This document shows, one piece after another, positions 1 through 9,348 of a stretch of 64,000 bases of DNA. Where the stretch lies: positions 90-64,089 of the forward strand of contig JBAXOD010000004.1 in NCBI GenBank assembly GCA_037133435.1. The letters run 5' to 3'. The DNA comes from Candidatus Moraniibacteriota bacterium. GTDB lineage: Bacteria; Patescibacteriota; Minisyncoccia; Moranbacterales; UBA1568. The notes under the pieces were generated by a model, which searched no databases, was not told where the DNA came from, and worked only from the letters and a program-made list of their open reading frames with translations. A program made the translations under genes and the position numbers. The first letter of the stretch is position 1. Each line of letters starts with the position of its first letter.

Positions 1-1232
1 AAAAAATTCGAGTTGTCCTGACTGTACACACCCGAGGAACCCGCATAGACGACAGAGCCCGGGGTGAACGGCGTGGTCGTGCCGGTACCGCCGAGCGTCA
101 CGCCAATCGAGGACGCCGTACTCCAGACGCCGGCGTTGACGGTCATGATGCCGGTAGACGACGACGTGTCAAGACCAGTTCCGCCGCGGGTGGTCGTCAA
201 CAGTCCGGACACGATGTCACCTGCCGAGTGCGTATGCATCGCGGCGGCCTTCCCGGCAATCTGCGCCTGGATATTCCCCGTCACCCCGGACAGGTATCCG
301 AGTTCGGTCTGGGTCGCTACCCCGAAGGTTTGCGTCGGGGAAAAAATAATGTTGCCGCCCATAGTCCCGCCGGACAAGGCGAGGTAGGTCGACCCGCCAT
401 ACCCCGCGGTGAGGATCCGATTGAAGTCCGCCCCATTGTTCGAAAGCTGCCACAGGCCCGCCGTCGCGTCGTAACGGAGTGCCGGCTTTGTGGACGCGTT
501 CGAGACGGACAGATCGAAGTTCGCCGAACCGAGTGACGTGCCGGATCCGATATCAAAGATACGCGATGACGTTCCGGTGTCGGTATTCTGATTGTGGAGT
601 CGGCCGTCGTTTCCAAGAACCAATTGTTTCGTTCCGGTGCCGGTCGGGAGGAGACTGACGGCGATCTTGCGATTGATTCCGAGAACCGGGATGTTTCCCG
701 AGGCCGTCCCAGTGACTTTTCCGGACAGTGTCTGGGCACTCTGGGCGGTTATCGCGTTTTGCGCGTTCACGGCATCGGTCGCATGAAACGCGTTCAGCGC
801 CGACGGTACCGAGGTGATCTTCTTGCGCGGGACCAACTCGGAATCCGAGTCGATCCGTATACCGAGATAATAATTCTTGCCGGTATCGGTGAACAGGTTC
901 ACAGGAAGCGCCACCGTATCACCGAGCGCGGTTCGAATGATACCGTTTCTCACCTGAACTTCCTTGGTCTCTTCCCACAGCTTTCCCGTCGTATCGACGG
1001 AGGCGGTATCGGTGCGGTCAGTGTCGTACAGGGCGAACCGAACGGAGAAAGTCCCATTCACGGCTTCGTTTTTCACGGTGAACACGGACAAAGTGACGTT
1101 AATCAAGTCGAGCGATAAACCAAAAACTGGTCGCGGGCCGCCCTGCCACCATAGGTACATCCCCGCGCATACGATCACGACGAGGAAGGATATGAGGATG
1201 TCCCGGGTTTTTTGTGTTACATACGTCGTCAT
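1..1232 (-). CDS. Partial (C-terminus beyond window start) membrane-anchored tail-fiber-like / beta-helical surface protein. The N-terminal TM helix is followed by a Gly/Thr/Ser-rich repetitive domain.
   Basis: Hand translation of the minus strand from ATG (rc of 1230-1232) is open to the window edge for more than 410 codons. It is absent from the ORF track because it has no stop codon in the window. N-terminus is MTTYVTQKTRDILISFLVVIVCAGMYLWW (TM helix). It contains motifs typical of phage tail-fibre-like proteins: LSGGTMGGNIIFSPTQTFG, ELGYLSGVTGNIQAQIAGKAAAMHTHSAGDIVSG. Confidence 0.5.
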   Translation of the reverse strand, partial: MTTYVTQKTRDILISFLVVIVCAGMYLWWQGGPRPVFGLSLDLINVTLSVFTVKNEAVNGTFSVRFALYDTDRTDTASVDTTGKLWEETKEVQVRNGIIRTALGDTVALPVNLFTDTGKNYYLGIRIDSDSELVPRKKITSVPSALNAFHATDAVNAQNAITAQSAQTLSGKVTGTASGNIPVLGINRKIAVSLLPTGTGTKQLVLGNDGRLHNQNTDTGTSSRIFDIGSGTSLGSANFDLSVSNASTKPALRYDATAGLWQLSNNGADFNRILTAGYGGSTYLALSGGTMGGNIIFSPTQTFGVATQTELGYLSGVTGNIQAQIAGKAAAMHTHSAGDIVSGLLTTTRGGTGLDTSSSTGIMTVNAGVWSTASSIGVTLGGTGTTTPFTPGSVVYAGSSGVYSQDNSNF

Positions 1233-1274
1233 GTGAATGCCATATCAGGTGACTCATCCCGATTATTTTCACTA

Positions 1275-1579
1275 CGTATCGCTCTCAAATCTCACCGCGA
1301 TATGAAGCCGAAAAATTCTGTTGGTCGTCTGAAATTCGTACATTTCAGTTACCCCGACCGTCTCGCTACGCCCGCCGCCATGACTGCCGTCGGGCTGTCG
1401 ATCGTCGCGGGCGGACAAACCCTTCAAGTTTCGTCAGGTTTGTTAGCGGGATCCTCATTTCAGTCGGATACCCGTCCTCGATTTTCAGGGTTTTTCACCG
1501 AGAGGGTGACCAACCTCTGGTCGGCGCTCAAACGAAATTTTCGGATGTACAGTTCGACATGAGACTTGAGAGAGATACT
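1275..1579. mobile_element. MITE-like element, copy A (~305 bp), with 20-bp terminal inverted repeats AGTATCTCTCTCAAATCTCA / TGAGATTTGAGAGAGATACT (left TIR slightly diverged in this copy).
   Basis: Termini and internal segments (cgtcctcgattttcagggtttttcaccgagagggtgaccaacctctgg; gaccgtctcgc...gatcgtcgcgggcgg) are shared with copies at 1948-2296 and 27035-27362. No ORF inside. Confidence 0.6.
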
Positions 1580-1580
1580 C

Positions 1581-1744
1581 AGAGCCTATCCGTTAGGGTC
1601 TCCGTCACGAGCTGTACGATCTTCGAGCGGAAAGGCGAGTAACCAGCAGAGCCTATCTGTATAATAAGGCGCCAAGAGGTACGCGCGCATGCACCGAAAA
1701 TCGTAGGGGCAGTCAGTAAATATATTCCTATTGGGATAGCCTCT
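1581..1744. repeat. Structured ~160-nt repeat, family 2, copy 1, with 17-nt terminal inverted repeats AGAGCCTATCCGTTAGG ... CCTA(A/T)(C/T)GGGATAGCCTCT. Candidate ncRNA or second MITE family.
   Basis: About 80% identical to 14863-15019. The first 32 nt are identical (agagcctatccgttagggtctccgtcacgagc). Internal differences are partly compensatory (cgAgtaaccAg vs cgGgtaaccCg). It abuts MITE copy A. Confidence 0.5.
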
Positions 1745-1947
1745 TATAATAGTAACATAAAAATCCGATTATTTGAAATGTGGCACTGGTAGGAGATGAG
1801 GTTAGTAAAGGTGTTTCTTTTTGACTAGGATAAAGTCAGAATTGGCATTCCATATTTTAGAAAGTGAAAATATTCAGTTCACAATCACAAGCTCCCTTGC
1901 CTTCTCATTATTAAAGGGCAATCCCCTTTTCCGGAAGACAAGTTATA

Positions 1948-2296
1948 AGTATCTCTCTCAAATCTCAACGCCTCTATAAGCCAAAAAATCCGCTTACCGG
2001 CTGAAATCCGAAAATTTCGGCTGCCCGCCTGCAACACTTTGCCTAGCAATGCGGGCAGGCCCGTCCGCAACGATTGCGTAGCGATTCGGGCGGACCCCGA
2101 CCGTCTCGCCAAGCGATCGTCGCGGGCGGGCAAACCATTCAAAAATCGTCAGGTTACGACAGCGGGATCCCCATCTCCTTCGGATACCCGTCCTCGATTT
2201 TCAGGGTTTTTCACCGAGAGGGTGACCAACCTCTGGTTGGCGCTCCTATCGAAATTTTCGGATGTACAGCTCGACATGAGATTTGAGAGAGATACT
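1948..2296. mobile_element. MITE-like element, copy B (~349 bp), with perfect 20-bp TIRs.
   Basis: Starts agtatctctctcaaatctca at 1948 and ends tgagatttgagagagatact at 2296. Internal palindrome ccgcctgcaacactttgcctagcaatgcgggcagg. Confidence 0.65.
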
Positions 2297-2325
2297 TACT
2301 ACACACTACCTGCTACCGTCTTCCG

Positions 2326-2375
2326 TTGTAAGTTGTGAGTTGCAGGTTGTGAGTTGTAAGTTGTAAGCTGTAAGT
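2326..2375. repeat. Heptamer-like tandem repeat (TTGTAAG / TTGTGAG, about 7 units) immediately 3' of the uvrA stop.
   Basis: gttgtaagttgtgagttgcaggttgtgagttgtaagttgtaagctgtaagtt. Confidence 0.6.
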
Positions 2376-5330
2376 TCAACGAAGCGCCCGCTTCAGATAC
2401 TCCCCCGTATACGACCCAGAGGTCTTGGCAACGTCTTCGGGCGTGCCGGAAGCGACGATCCTCCCGCCGCCCACGCCACCCTCGGGACCGATGTCAATGA
2501 TCCAATCAGCCGATTTAACGAAATCCATGCTATGTTCGATGACGAGCACCGAGTGCCCTTTGTCCACGAGCCGGTTCAATATCTCCAGGAGTTTCTTCAC
2601 GTCCTCATAGTGCAGGCCGATGGTCGGTTCGTCGAGGAGATACATCGTACGTTCGAGGTGCGGGCGGTAGAGCTCGCTCGCGATTTTTACGCGCTGCGCC
2701 TCACCGCCGGAAAGCGTCGTGGCCGCCTGACCGAGCTGCAGGTAGCCGAGGCCGACCTCTTCGAGCGTGCGCAAGCGGTCGGCGATCGCCGGAATATCCT
2801 TGAAAAAGATATGTGATTCCTCTATCGTCATCGCGAGTATGTCCGCGATGTTCTTGTGCTTGTATTCTATCTCGAGGGTCTCCTTGGTGAAGCGCTTGCC
2901 GTTGCAGACGTCGCACGGCACGTACACCGTCGGCAAAAAGTGCATCTCGACGGCGATGAATCCGTTCCCTTCGCAGGTCTCACACCTGCCACCGGGACGA
3001 TTGAACGAGAAGCGCCCAGCCTTCCACCCGCGGACACGCGCCTCCTCGGTCGAGGCGAACAGGTCGCGGACATGCGTCCACGCGCCGGTATACGTCGCCG
3101 GGTTGGAGCGTGGTGTCCGGCCGATCGGGCTCTGATCGATCAGCACCGCGCGGGACAGGTACTCCGTACCCAAAAACGAGTCGCAGTTCACGACCTTGTT
3201 CGAACGATACCGCCGGTCGAAACGTTTCTGCAAATTCGTCCACAGGATCTCGTAGAGAAACGATGACTTCCCCGAGCCCGACACACCGGTGATCGCGACA
3301 AACCGGCCGAGCGGCACGTCGACAGAGAGGTTTTTGATATTGAAAATATCCCCCCCGCGGACGCGAAGCGTCCCCTTGTCACGGGATCTCCTGATTTTGG
3401 GAATCTCGATCCGTTCCTCGTTTCGCAGGTACGAGAGCGTAAGCGAACCGGATATGTTCTTTTCCGCCAACAAAAGTTCGTCGAGCCACCCCGAGACGAC
3501 GACTTCGCCGCCATGCACTCCGGCCTTGGGGCCCAGGTCCACGAGATAGTCCGACGCGAAAATCGTATCCTCGTCGTGTTCGACGACGATAATCGTATTG
3601 CCGAGGTCGCGCAGACTCTGCAATGTCTTGATGAGCCGGTCATTGTCACGACTATGCAGGCCGATCGTCGGTTCGTCGAGCACATAAAGCGCCCCGACCA
3701 GACGACTCCCAAGCTGGGACGCGAGCCGGATACGCTGTGCCTCGCCGCCGGAAAGCGTATTCGCCCGCCGATCGAGCGTCAGGTATTCCAGTCCCACATC
3801 GAGGAGGAATTCGAGCCGGTTGCCGATCTCGCGGAATACGACCGCCGCGATCTGCCGCTCGCGCTCGGTGAGCGTGATACCGTCGAAGTACGACTTCGCG
3901 TCCGCGATCGTCATACCGGTCAGCTCGACGATATTCTTCCCGCCTGCAACGCTATGCGTTTTTTCTTTTTCAATATTATTTGTCTCATTCAATCCAATAT
4001 TTTCTTTCGGCACATCACTCTTTTTCCGTGTAGCATTGCGGGCAGGACCGCCCACATACACGTAGAGTGCCTCTTCACGGAGTCTCGAACCGTGACAGAC
4101 CTCGCACGGCTCATTGCCGAAGAAGTGCTTGGTGCCGAGTCCGTTACAGGCCGGGCACGCGCCGTACGGCGAGTTGAACGAGAACAGTCGCGGTTCGATC
4201 TCGGGATACGAGAATCCATCGTACGGACAGGAATATTTCGACGAAAGCACCCGGTCTTTCCCACCGATCGTGATACCGATCACGCCTTCGGCTTCCTCGA
4301 GCGCACGGTCCACCGCCTCGCGCAACCGTTCCTCGGACGACTGCGGATACTGTGCGAATTCGCGGAGCGGGATCTCGTCCACGACGAGACTGATATCGTG
4401 TTTCTTGTTCTTGGCCATGACGATCTGCTCTCGCAGGCTGTGACGTTTCCCGTCGATCACCGCCTCGGCGAATCCCTTACCGAGCGCGTCATAAAGAAGC
4501 TGGTAGTATTCCCCTTTGCGCCCGTGCACGACCGGTGCCGTGAGCAGAATCGTATCGGATTTCGCGAGCGTTTTATGTACGGCGATTTCAGCCTTGGCCA
4601 TCTCGCCGACCAAACCCAATATCTCGTCCGGAGCGAGCTTCTCGATCTCGCGCCCGCACACCAGACATCGCGGCCGGCCAAGCCTAGCAAACAGCACGCG
4701 CAGATAATCGTAGATCTCGGTGACGGTCGCGACCGTAGATCGCGGATTGCGCCCCGCCGATTTCTGGTCGATCGAGATAGCCGGCGAAAGCCCCGTGATC
4801 TCGTCAACGTCCGGCTTCTGCATGGTATTCAAAAACTGCCGTGCGTATGCCGAAAGGCTCTCCACGTACCGCCGTTGCCCCTCCGCAAAGATCGTATCGA
4901 ACGCGAGCGACGACTTGCCCGATCCGGAAAGTCCGGTAAACGCGATCATCCGGTTGCGCGGCATCGAGACGGAAATATTCTTCAAATTGTGCGTCCGCGC
5001 GCCCGACACGGTGATCCACTCGCTCGGCTTCCCCGCCTCAATTCTTCCTGCTCCCCTCTCAGAGGGGAGCTGTCGAGTCTGCTTGTCACGTCGCTCGCGA
5101 GCAACGTGATGAAGTGAGGGGTGGTCCCTTCCTACTCCCTTTTCCCTGTCTCCTGCTCCCCTGCCGGAGGGGAGCTGTCTCGTACTCGAGACTGAGGGGT
5201 GGGAGGACTCAACTTCAGACTGTCTCGTTTTTTTCGCCACACCCAAAACCGCCGGTTCCATTTCCGGTTTCATTGCCTTCTTCGCTCGCTTTTCCGCCGC
5301 CTTATCGGCCGCCGTTTTCTTCTTGGTCAT
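2376..5330 (-). CDS. uvrA: Excinuclease ABC subunit A (UvrA), with a Lys-rich N-terminal extension and an internal ~36-aa insertion.
   Basis: Core starts at EWITVSGARTHNLKNISVSMPRNRMIAFTGLSGSGKSSLAFDTIFAEGQRRYVESLSAYARQFL. Two ABC signature regions (LSGGEAQRIRLASQLGS, LSGGEAQRVKIASEL) and zinc-finger cysteines are present. The start is assigned to ATG at 5330 (MTKKKTAADKAAEKRAKK). The true start is uncertain because the region 5049-5203 between that ATG and the conserved core is made of palindromic repeat elements. The track ORF extends to 5519. Confidence 0.9.
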   Translation of the reverse strand: MTKKKTAADKAAEKRAKKAMKPEMEPAVLGVAKKTRQSEVESSHPSVSSTRQLPSGRGAGDREKGVGRDHPSLHHVARERRDKQTRQLPSERGAGRIEAGKPSEWITVSGARTHNLKNISVSMPRNRMIAFTGLSGSGKSSLAFDTIFAEGQRRYVESLSAYARQFLNTMQKPDVDEITGLSPAISIDQKSAGRNPRSTVATVTEIYDYLRVLFARLGRPRCLVCGREIEKLAPDEILGLVGEMAKAEIAVHKTLAKSDTILLTAPVVHGRKGEYYQLLYDALGKGFAEAVIDGKRHSLREQIVMAKNKKHDISLVVDEIPLREFAQYPQSSEERLREAVDRALEEAEGVIGITIGGKDRVLSSKYSCPYDGFSYPEIEPRLFSFNSPYGACPACNGLGTKHFFGNEPCEVCHGSRLREEALYVYVGGPARNATRKKSDVPKENIGLNETNNIEKEKTHSVAGGKNIVELTGMTIADAKSYFDGITLTERERQIAAVVFREIGNRLEFLLDVGLEYLTLDRRANTLSGGEAQRIRLASQLGSRLVGALYVLDEPTIGLHSRDNDRLIKTLQSLRDLGNTIIVVEHDEDTIFASDYLVDLGPKAGVHGGEVVVSGWLDELLLAEKNISGSLTLSYLRNEERIEIPKIRRSRDKGTLRVRGGDIFNIKNLSVDVPLGRFVAITGVSGSGKSSFLYEILWTNLQKRFDRRYRSNKVVNCDSFLGTEYLSRAVLIDQSPIGRTPRSNPATYTGAWTHVRDLFASTEEARVRGWKAGRFSFNRPGGRCETCEGNGFIAVEMHFLPTVYVPCDVCNGKRFTKETLEIEYKHKNIADILAMTIEESHIFFKDIPAIADRLRTLEEVGLGYLQLGQAATTLSGGEAQRVKIASELYRPHLERTMYLLDEPTIGLHYEDVKKLLEILNRLVDKGHSVLVIEHSMDFVKSADWIIDIGPEGGVGGGRIVASGTPEDVAKTSGSYTGEYLKRALR
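3938..4046. repeat. AT-rich palindrome-flanked insertion inside uvrA, kept in frame (encodes ARNATRKKSDVPKENIGLNETNNIEKEKTHSVAGGK).
   Basis: Flanking inverted repeats gcctgcaacgctatgcg ... cgtagcattgcgggcagg resemble the internal palindrome of the MITE family and the one at 61121-61154. The interior is AT-rich, unlike the GC-rich host gene. It falls exactly where E. coli UvrA has no residues (between YVYV and the NIVELTGMTI-like segment). Confidence 0.55.
5049..5125. repeat. REP-like double-hairpin element, family R1, copy a, carrying a nested sub-palindrome. It lies inside the putative uvrA 5' extension, in frame.
   Basis: ctgctcccctctcagaggggagc tgtcgagtctgc ... gaagtgaggggtgg. Nested cacgtcgctcgcgagcaacgtg. 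Confidence 0.55.
5151..5203. repeat. REP-like element, family R1, copy b.
   Basis: tgctcccctgccggaggggagctgtctcgtactcgagactgaggggtgggagg. Confidence 0.55.
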
Positions 5331-5409
5331 CGAGACATGATACCACGGATTAAACAAGATGGCAACAATCAAAAAAACAGTATTTTCACCAAAGAGAATA
5401 GAGCTCACA

Positions 5410-7074
5410 TTATATCTTCTTGGAATGTTCGAGAGTTCCAAGAATAACGAACAAGAACAACAATCCGAAGTTCGAGTCCCAAAGGAAGTGATCGAGAAGA
5501 AGGCTTGGGATGAGTACAAGGAATATTTCTACATTCGGAAAGACAGTTGTTCGTTTGAACGATTCCGGTAACCAGGTTGAGATTCCCGCTCCTCGATGAG
5601 GTCCGAGGACAGGCTTCGCGGGAATGACAACATTTTTGGTTTTCTTTTGCAATGATGACACTTCTCTATTTTTCGGTATGAAAAGTGAAAAGAAAAAACA
5701 CAGCGAAAGGACGAGTCCGGGAATGCCGAGTTCGGAACAAACGAGAAGCAAGACGTCATGGGCGGGTTGGATATCCCAGATCGGACGATCAGGATGTAAT
5801 CGGATCAGTTCCGCTGTCTCGTTTCCTACACCGACTCCGAGGAAGGAATGGGCACGGACGATTTGGAAAGCGTCACGATAGGTCGACATCCGGTCGACGA
5901 CCGATCCTTCCCTATCGACGACTCCCCCGTCGAAACGAGGAAAGACGGTCTCATGCAGTATGCCTGCAAATATCACGGTCGAAATGACGATGGTCGAGAA
6001 ATAAGCACATCTATACCGTCTTGTCATCCCGGGCTTGCCACGGTCGCTCGCGAGCGAACGTGACTTGACCCGGGATCCAGTATTTATAATTTCCTGGATT
6101 CCGGCTCGTAGGCCGGAATGACAAATACATTTGTTCCATGCTGTTTTCAAAGAGAGAAACACAAACCCGAGCGCGAACCCTCCCCACGCGAGACGGGAAA
6201 AAGAAACAATGAGACCCAGAAGAATGATGAGGATACCGAAGAGACTTGCGACCCATTGAAAATAAGCATACCAACCACACCCCTCCTCAATCCTCACCAC
6301 ACAAAGAGGAGGAGGCAAAAATTTTCCAAGCCATGTTAATGTATTATAGTTGCAAATATTTAAGGTTGCCCGCTCCCCTTTCAGAGGGGAGCTGTCGAGT
6401 CTGCGAGACTGAGGGGTGAGAACAAAGGAATCAATCCGCTCAGTTACTATCAACAGAACCACCGCAAGAAACAGCCCGTATAAGTTCGGATGGGGAAAGG
6501 TTCCATACGCTCGCAGGAACCGTCCCGTATCGTTCTTCAACACCGACGTCCCCGACTGCCACGATTCGTATGCGCTCGTCCCGAGAAGCGTCGAAGAAAA
6601 CGTCTCCTGCGTCAGGAATTGTCCGATTCCGATGACTGACTGGATCATTGCCGCCACGAAGAGCACCAAGACGATTTGTTTCATCTTCCCCCGTCGTACC
6701 AGATCACGCGTCATAATGAACGCATCCGCGGCGAGCAGGATCTTCACGAACGTATACCCGGCCAAAGCAGTATCCTGCGCCCAGATGATCGACAGACCCG
6801 ACCAGAGAACGAAAAGCAGAAGAAACGCATCTGACTTTCGCTCCCGCCACATTTTTTTCATCCGGACACCGATGGATTCGCTTTTCAATGCCTTCGCCTT
6901 CAGTAGCGCTCCGAGAACGATCGCACACGCCAGAACCAAGGATGACGCATATATCCCGATCGTCCCGTACTGCCACTTCCCACCCCCGATAATCGGCTCA
7001 CGCCACAAATACACCGTCTGGAACGGTAGGATGAAGAGGAACAGGAAAAAGAGATCGTCCTGAAGCTTTTGCAT
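5410..7074 (-). CDS. O-antigen ligase / Wzy_C-family polymerase-ligase. The 554-aa ORF contains two in-frame palindromic-element insertions.
   Basis: C-terminal half has the Wzy_C signature SFSRLAWGGFALGFVFL ... DRMSTYRDAFQIVRAHSFLGVGVGNETAELIRLHPDRPIWDIQPAHDVLLLVCSELGIPGL. It is a polytopic membrane protein. Region 6000-6420 of the ORF is built from repeat elements R2 (6020-6082) and R1 (6372-6420) without breaking the frame. Confidence 0.7.
   Translation of the reverse strand: MQKLQDDLFFLFLFILPFQTVYLWREPIIGGGKWQYGTIGIYASSLVLACAIVLGALLKAKALKSESIGVRMKKMWRERKSDAFLLLFVLWSGLSIIWAQDTALAGYTFVKILLAADAFIMTRDLVRRGKMKQIVLVLFVAAMIQSVIGIGQFLTQETFSSTLLGTSAYESWQSGTSVLKNDTGRFLRAYGTFPHPNLYGLFLAVVLLIVTERIDSFVLTPQSRRLDSSPLKGERATLNICNYNTLTWLGKFLPPPLCVVRIEEGCGWYAYFQWVASLFGILIILLGLIVSFSRLAWGGFALGFVFLSLKTAWNKCICHSGLRAGIQEIINTGSRVKSRSLASDRGKPGMTRRYRCAYFSTIVISTVIFAGILHETVFPRFDGGVVDREGSVVDRMSTYRDAFQIVRAHSFLGVGVGNETAELIRLHPDRPIWDIQPAHDVLLLVCSELGIPGLVLSLCFFFSLFIPKNREVSSLQKKTKNVVIPAKPVLGPHRGAGISTWLPESFKRTTVFPNVEIFLVLIPSLLLDHFLWDSNFGLLFLFVILGTLEHSKKI
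6020..6082. repeat. Palindromic element, family R2, copy a (hairpin gtcatcccgg...ccgggatccagt with nested cgctcgcgagcg).
   Basis: cttgtcatcccgggcttgccacggtcgctcgcgagcgaacgtgacttgacccgggatccagtattt. A related copy lies at 35136-35167. The tail CCAGTATTTAT recurs at 34862 and 60972. Confidence 0.5.
6372..6420. repeat. REP-like element, family R1, copy c (inside the ligase ORF).
   Basis: cgctcccctttcagaggggagctgtcgagtctgcgagactgaggggtgag. Confidence 0.55.
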
Positions 7075-7189
7075 GTGGCAAATCCTTTATTATTGCCCAT
7101 TATAGCACTTTCTGGTAGAGTAAGGACAGTCGGATATACTATCATTTCATCTCCTTTTCGACATTCCCGTTTCTCTATTCCCGTATCCT

Positions 7190-7789
7190 ATGATTCTCAT
7201 CACCCTTTCCGGCACCGACGGGTCCGGAAAATCGACCCAGCTTGCGCTGCTTCGCGACTATTTCGAACGAATGGGCAAGAAAATCGCGTATTTTCATGCG
7301 GTTGAATTCTCGCTTGCCAACCGATGGCGTCGCAAAGCGAGTGGCGAGACGGAATTTACATCCGGGAAGGATGCGGCTGTCACCAGGGCGTCATTCGCTT
7401 CCTTGTTCCTTCGCAGGTTATTTCTTGTGATTGACCTGTTCCGATTCCGGTTTCTGCTGAATTCTCTTCGAAAAGACGGGACCGATATCCTCCTCTCGGA
7501 TCGTTACTTCTACGACTCGTTCATCAATATCGACTATCTTTCCGGATCGAAGAACGCACGTTGTCTCGCCTTGAAGATGATTCCACGCCCCGATACCGCT
7601 TTTTTTCTCGATGCAACGCCCGAAGCGATCATGCGTCGTGAACGCGTTCCGGAGCAGGGTATCGATTACATCACCGCGAAACGTGATCTCTTCATGTCGA
7701 AACGGGCCGAATGGAACCTCGTCCGAATCGATGCGAACAGAACCAAAGAAGAGGTCTATGCCTCCATCCTGGAAACATTGAATCGCTAA
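7190..7789 (+). CDS. Thymidylate-kinase-family P-loop kinase (dTMP kinase-like).
   Basis: ITLSGTDGSGKSTQ P-loop and LLSDRYFYDSF (DRY motif), length 199 aa. It is divergent from the ligase gene. Confidence 0.55.
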   Translation: MILITLSGTDGSGKSTQLALLRDYFERMGKKIAYFHAVEFSLANRWRRKASGETEFTSGKDAAVTRASFASLFLRRLFLVIDLFRFRFLLNSLRKDGTDILLSDRYFYDSFINIDYLSGSKNARCLALKMIPRPDTAFFLDATPEAIMRRERVPEQGIDYITAKRDLFMSKRAEWNLVRIDANRTKEEVYASILETLNR

Positions 7790-7798
7790 TACACCTCC

Positions 7799-9271
7799 AT
7801 GAAAAACTTCTCACGCGCACTCGTCTGGCTCACTGTCTCGGAGATCGTCTTCAACGCCTCGGGGTACGTCATCCACTCCGTTGTCGGTCGGTTGCTCGGC
7901 CCGGCCGATTACGGTCGGTACGGTCTCATCGTGAACCTCACGACGACCGTCATCATCCTCATCGGCAACGGTATCCCGACCGCGATGTCGAAATACCTGA
8001 GCGAAGTTTTCGAATCGCATCCGGAAAAGATCCGCGGTATCAAACGCAAGACGATACTCCTGCAGACGGGCATCATGGCTCTCGTCACGCTCGCCTTCTA
8101 CCTCGCGTCCCCGCTTATCGCGACCCTCCTCGGCGACCAGACCCTCGTTCCGCTCTTTCAGCTCTCTTCGCTCATCATCCCCGCCTTCGCCGCCGCCTCG
8201 TTTTATTTCTATTACTTCACCGGGCTTCATTTTTTCCAGCTCCAGGCCGCCCTCAAGTCGACCCGTGCGATCACCCGGATGACGTTCATCATCCTCTTGG
8301 CGTGGTTCTTCGGGGTCAAAGGCGCCGTCGCCGGATACATCGTCTCCCCCCTCGTCGTCTTCGGCGTCGCGATCGTCCTCGATATCATATGGACGGGAAA
8401 GTATTTCCCGGAAGTCCGCACGAAGAAATCCCCCGATTTCCCCGCGAAGAAGCTCTTCGACTATGCCTGGCCGTTGACGCTGTTCCTCCTCTTCTATCAG
8501 CTCATCACCTCGCTCGACCTCTTTCTCGTGAAGTCACTCATGCAAAACGACCGGTGGACCGGACTCTACAACGCCGTCATCACGGTCGGCAACATCCCAT
8601 ATTATCTCTTTTACGCGTTGACCATCATCCTCCTGCCCGCCATCGCCAAGACCTCCACCAACCGCGACGCGACCGAAACTCGCGCGCTCGTGAACAAATC
8701 GCTGCGCCTCCTTGCGCTCATCCTCTTCCCGACGGTCACCCTCCTTTCCGCGTTCTCGGGTCCGATCATCAACCTCTTCTACGGCGGGGAATACTCGGCC
8801 GCTACCAGATCGATGGAAGTCTTCGCGGTCGGCAACGGCTTCCTGACCGTGTTCTACGTCCTCGCGTTCGCCGTCTCCGGCGCGGGACTGGTCATGATTC
8901 CGATGTACGTTTCCGGAGTCGGACTCCTCGCCTCGATCGGGCTCAATCTCCTCCTGATTCCCCCCTTCGGCATCGTCGGATCCGCGATCGCCACGACCAT
9001 CGTCACATTCATCCTCATGGTCGGCATGCTCCTCTTCACCGACAAACACTTCAAAGTCCGTATCCCGCTCAAGCTCTGGGTCGTCTCACTCGGCTCTTCC
9101 GCGCTCATCGTCATACTCTCGCGATTCGCCCCGAAGGGATCGATTACCTTCATCCTTTCCGGAGGCATCCTCTTTGCGCTTCACTTCGGCATCCTCCGGT
9201 TCTTCGGCGTCCTCGTGGATTCCGACATCGCCCCGCTCCTGAAACTCCTTCCGACCAAGTTGAAGCGATAG
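7799..9271 (+). CDS. Wzx-type polysaccharide/O-antigen flippase (MOP superfamily, polysaccharide biosynthesis protein).
   Basis: 490 aa with about 12-14 TM helices, typical polysacc_synt architecture. It lies in the glycan locus next to the ligase. Confidence 0.7.
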   Translation: MKNFSRALVWLTVSEIVFNASGYVIHSVVGRLLGPADYGRYGLIVNLTTTVIILIGNGIPTAMSKYLSEVFESHPEKIRGIKRKTILLQTGIMALVTLAFYLASPLIATLLGDQTLVPLFQLSSLIIPAFAAASFYFYYFTGLHFFQLQAALKSTRAITRMTFIILLAWFFGVKGAVAGYIVSPLVVFGVAIVLDIIWTGKYFPEVRTKKSPDFPAKKLFDYAWPLTLFLLFYQLITSLDLFLVKSLMQNDRWTGLYNAVITVGNIPYYLFYALTIILLPAIAKTSTNRDATETRALVNKSLRLLALILFPTVTLLSAFSGPIINLFYGGEYSAATRSMEVFAVGNGFLTVFYVLAFAVSGAGLVMIPMYVSGVGLLASIGLNLLLIPPFGIVGSAIATTIVTFILMVGMLLFTDKHFKVRIPLKLWVVSLGSSALIVILSRFAPKGSITFILSGGILFALHFGILRFFGVLVDSDIAPLLKLLPTKLKR

Positions 9272-9284
9272 TCGGCAGACTATC

Positions 9285-9325
9285 AAAAAAATACGCCTGT
9301 CTTTTCAGAGAGAGGCGTATCGGAA
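9285..9325. terminator. Bidirectional intrinsic terminator between the convergent flippase (+) and 9349..9789 (-).
   Basis: aaaaaaatacgcctgtcttttcagagagaggcgtat : A-run / hairpin / T-rich. Confidence 0.45.
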
Positions 9326-9348
9326 TTTCATATTTTCCTTTTTCAAAA

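Noticed and set aside
3513-5117. 534-aa plus-strand ORF.
   Set aside because: It is antisense to uvrA. Its Arg-rich junk composition is typical of spurious ORFs in high-GC DNA.
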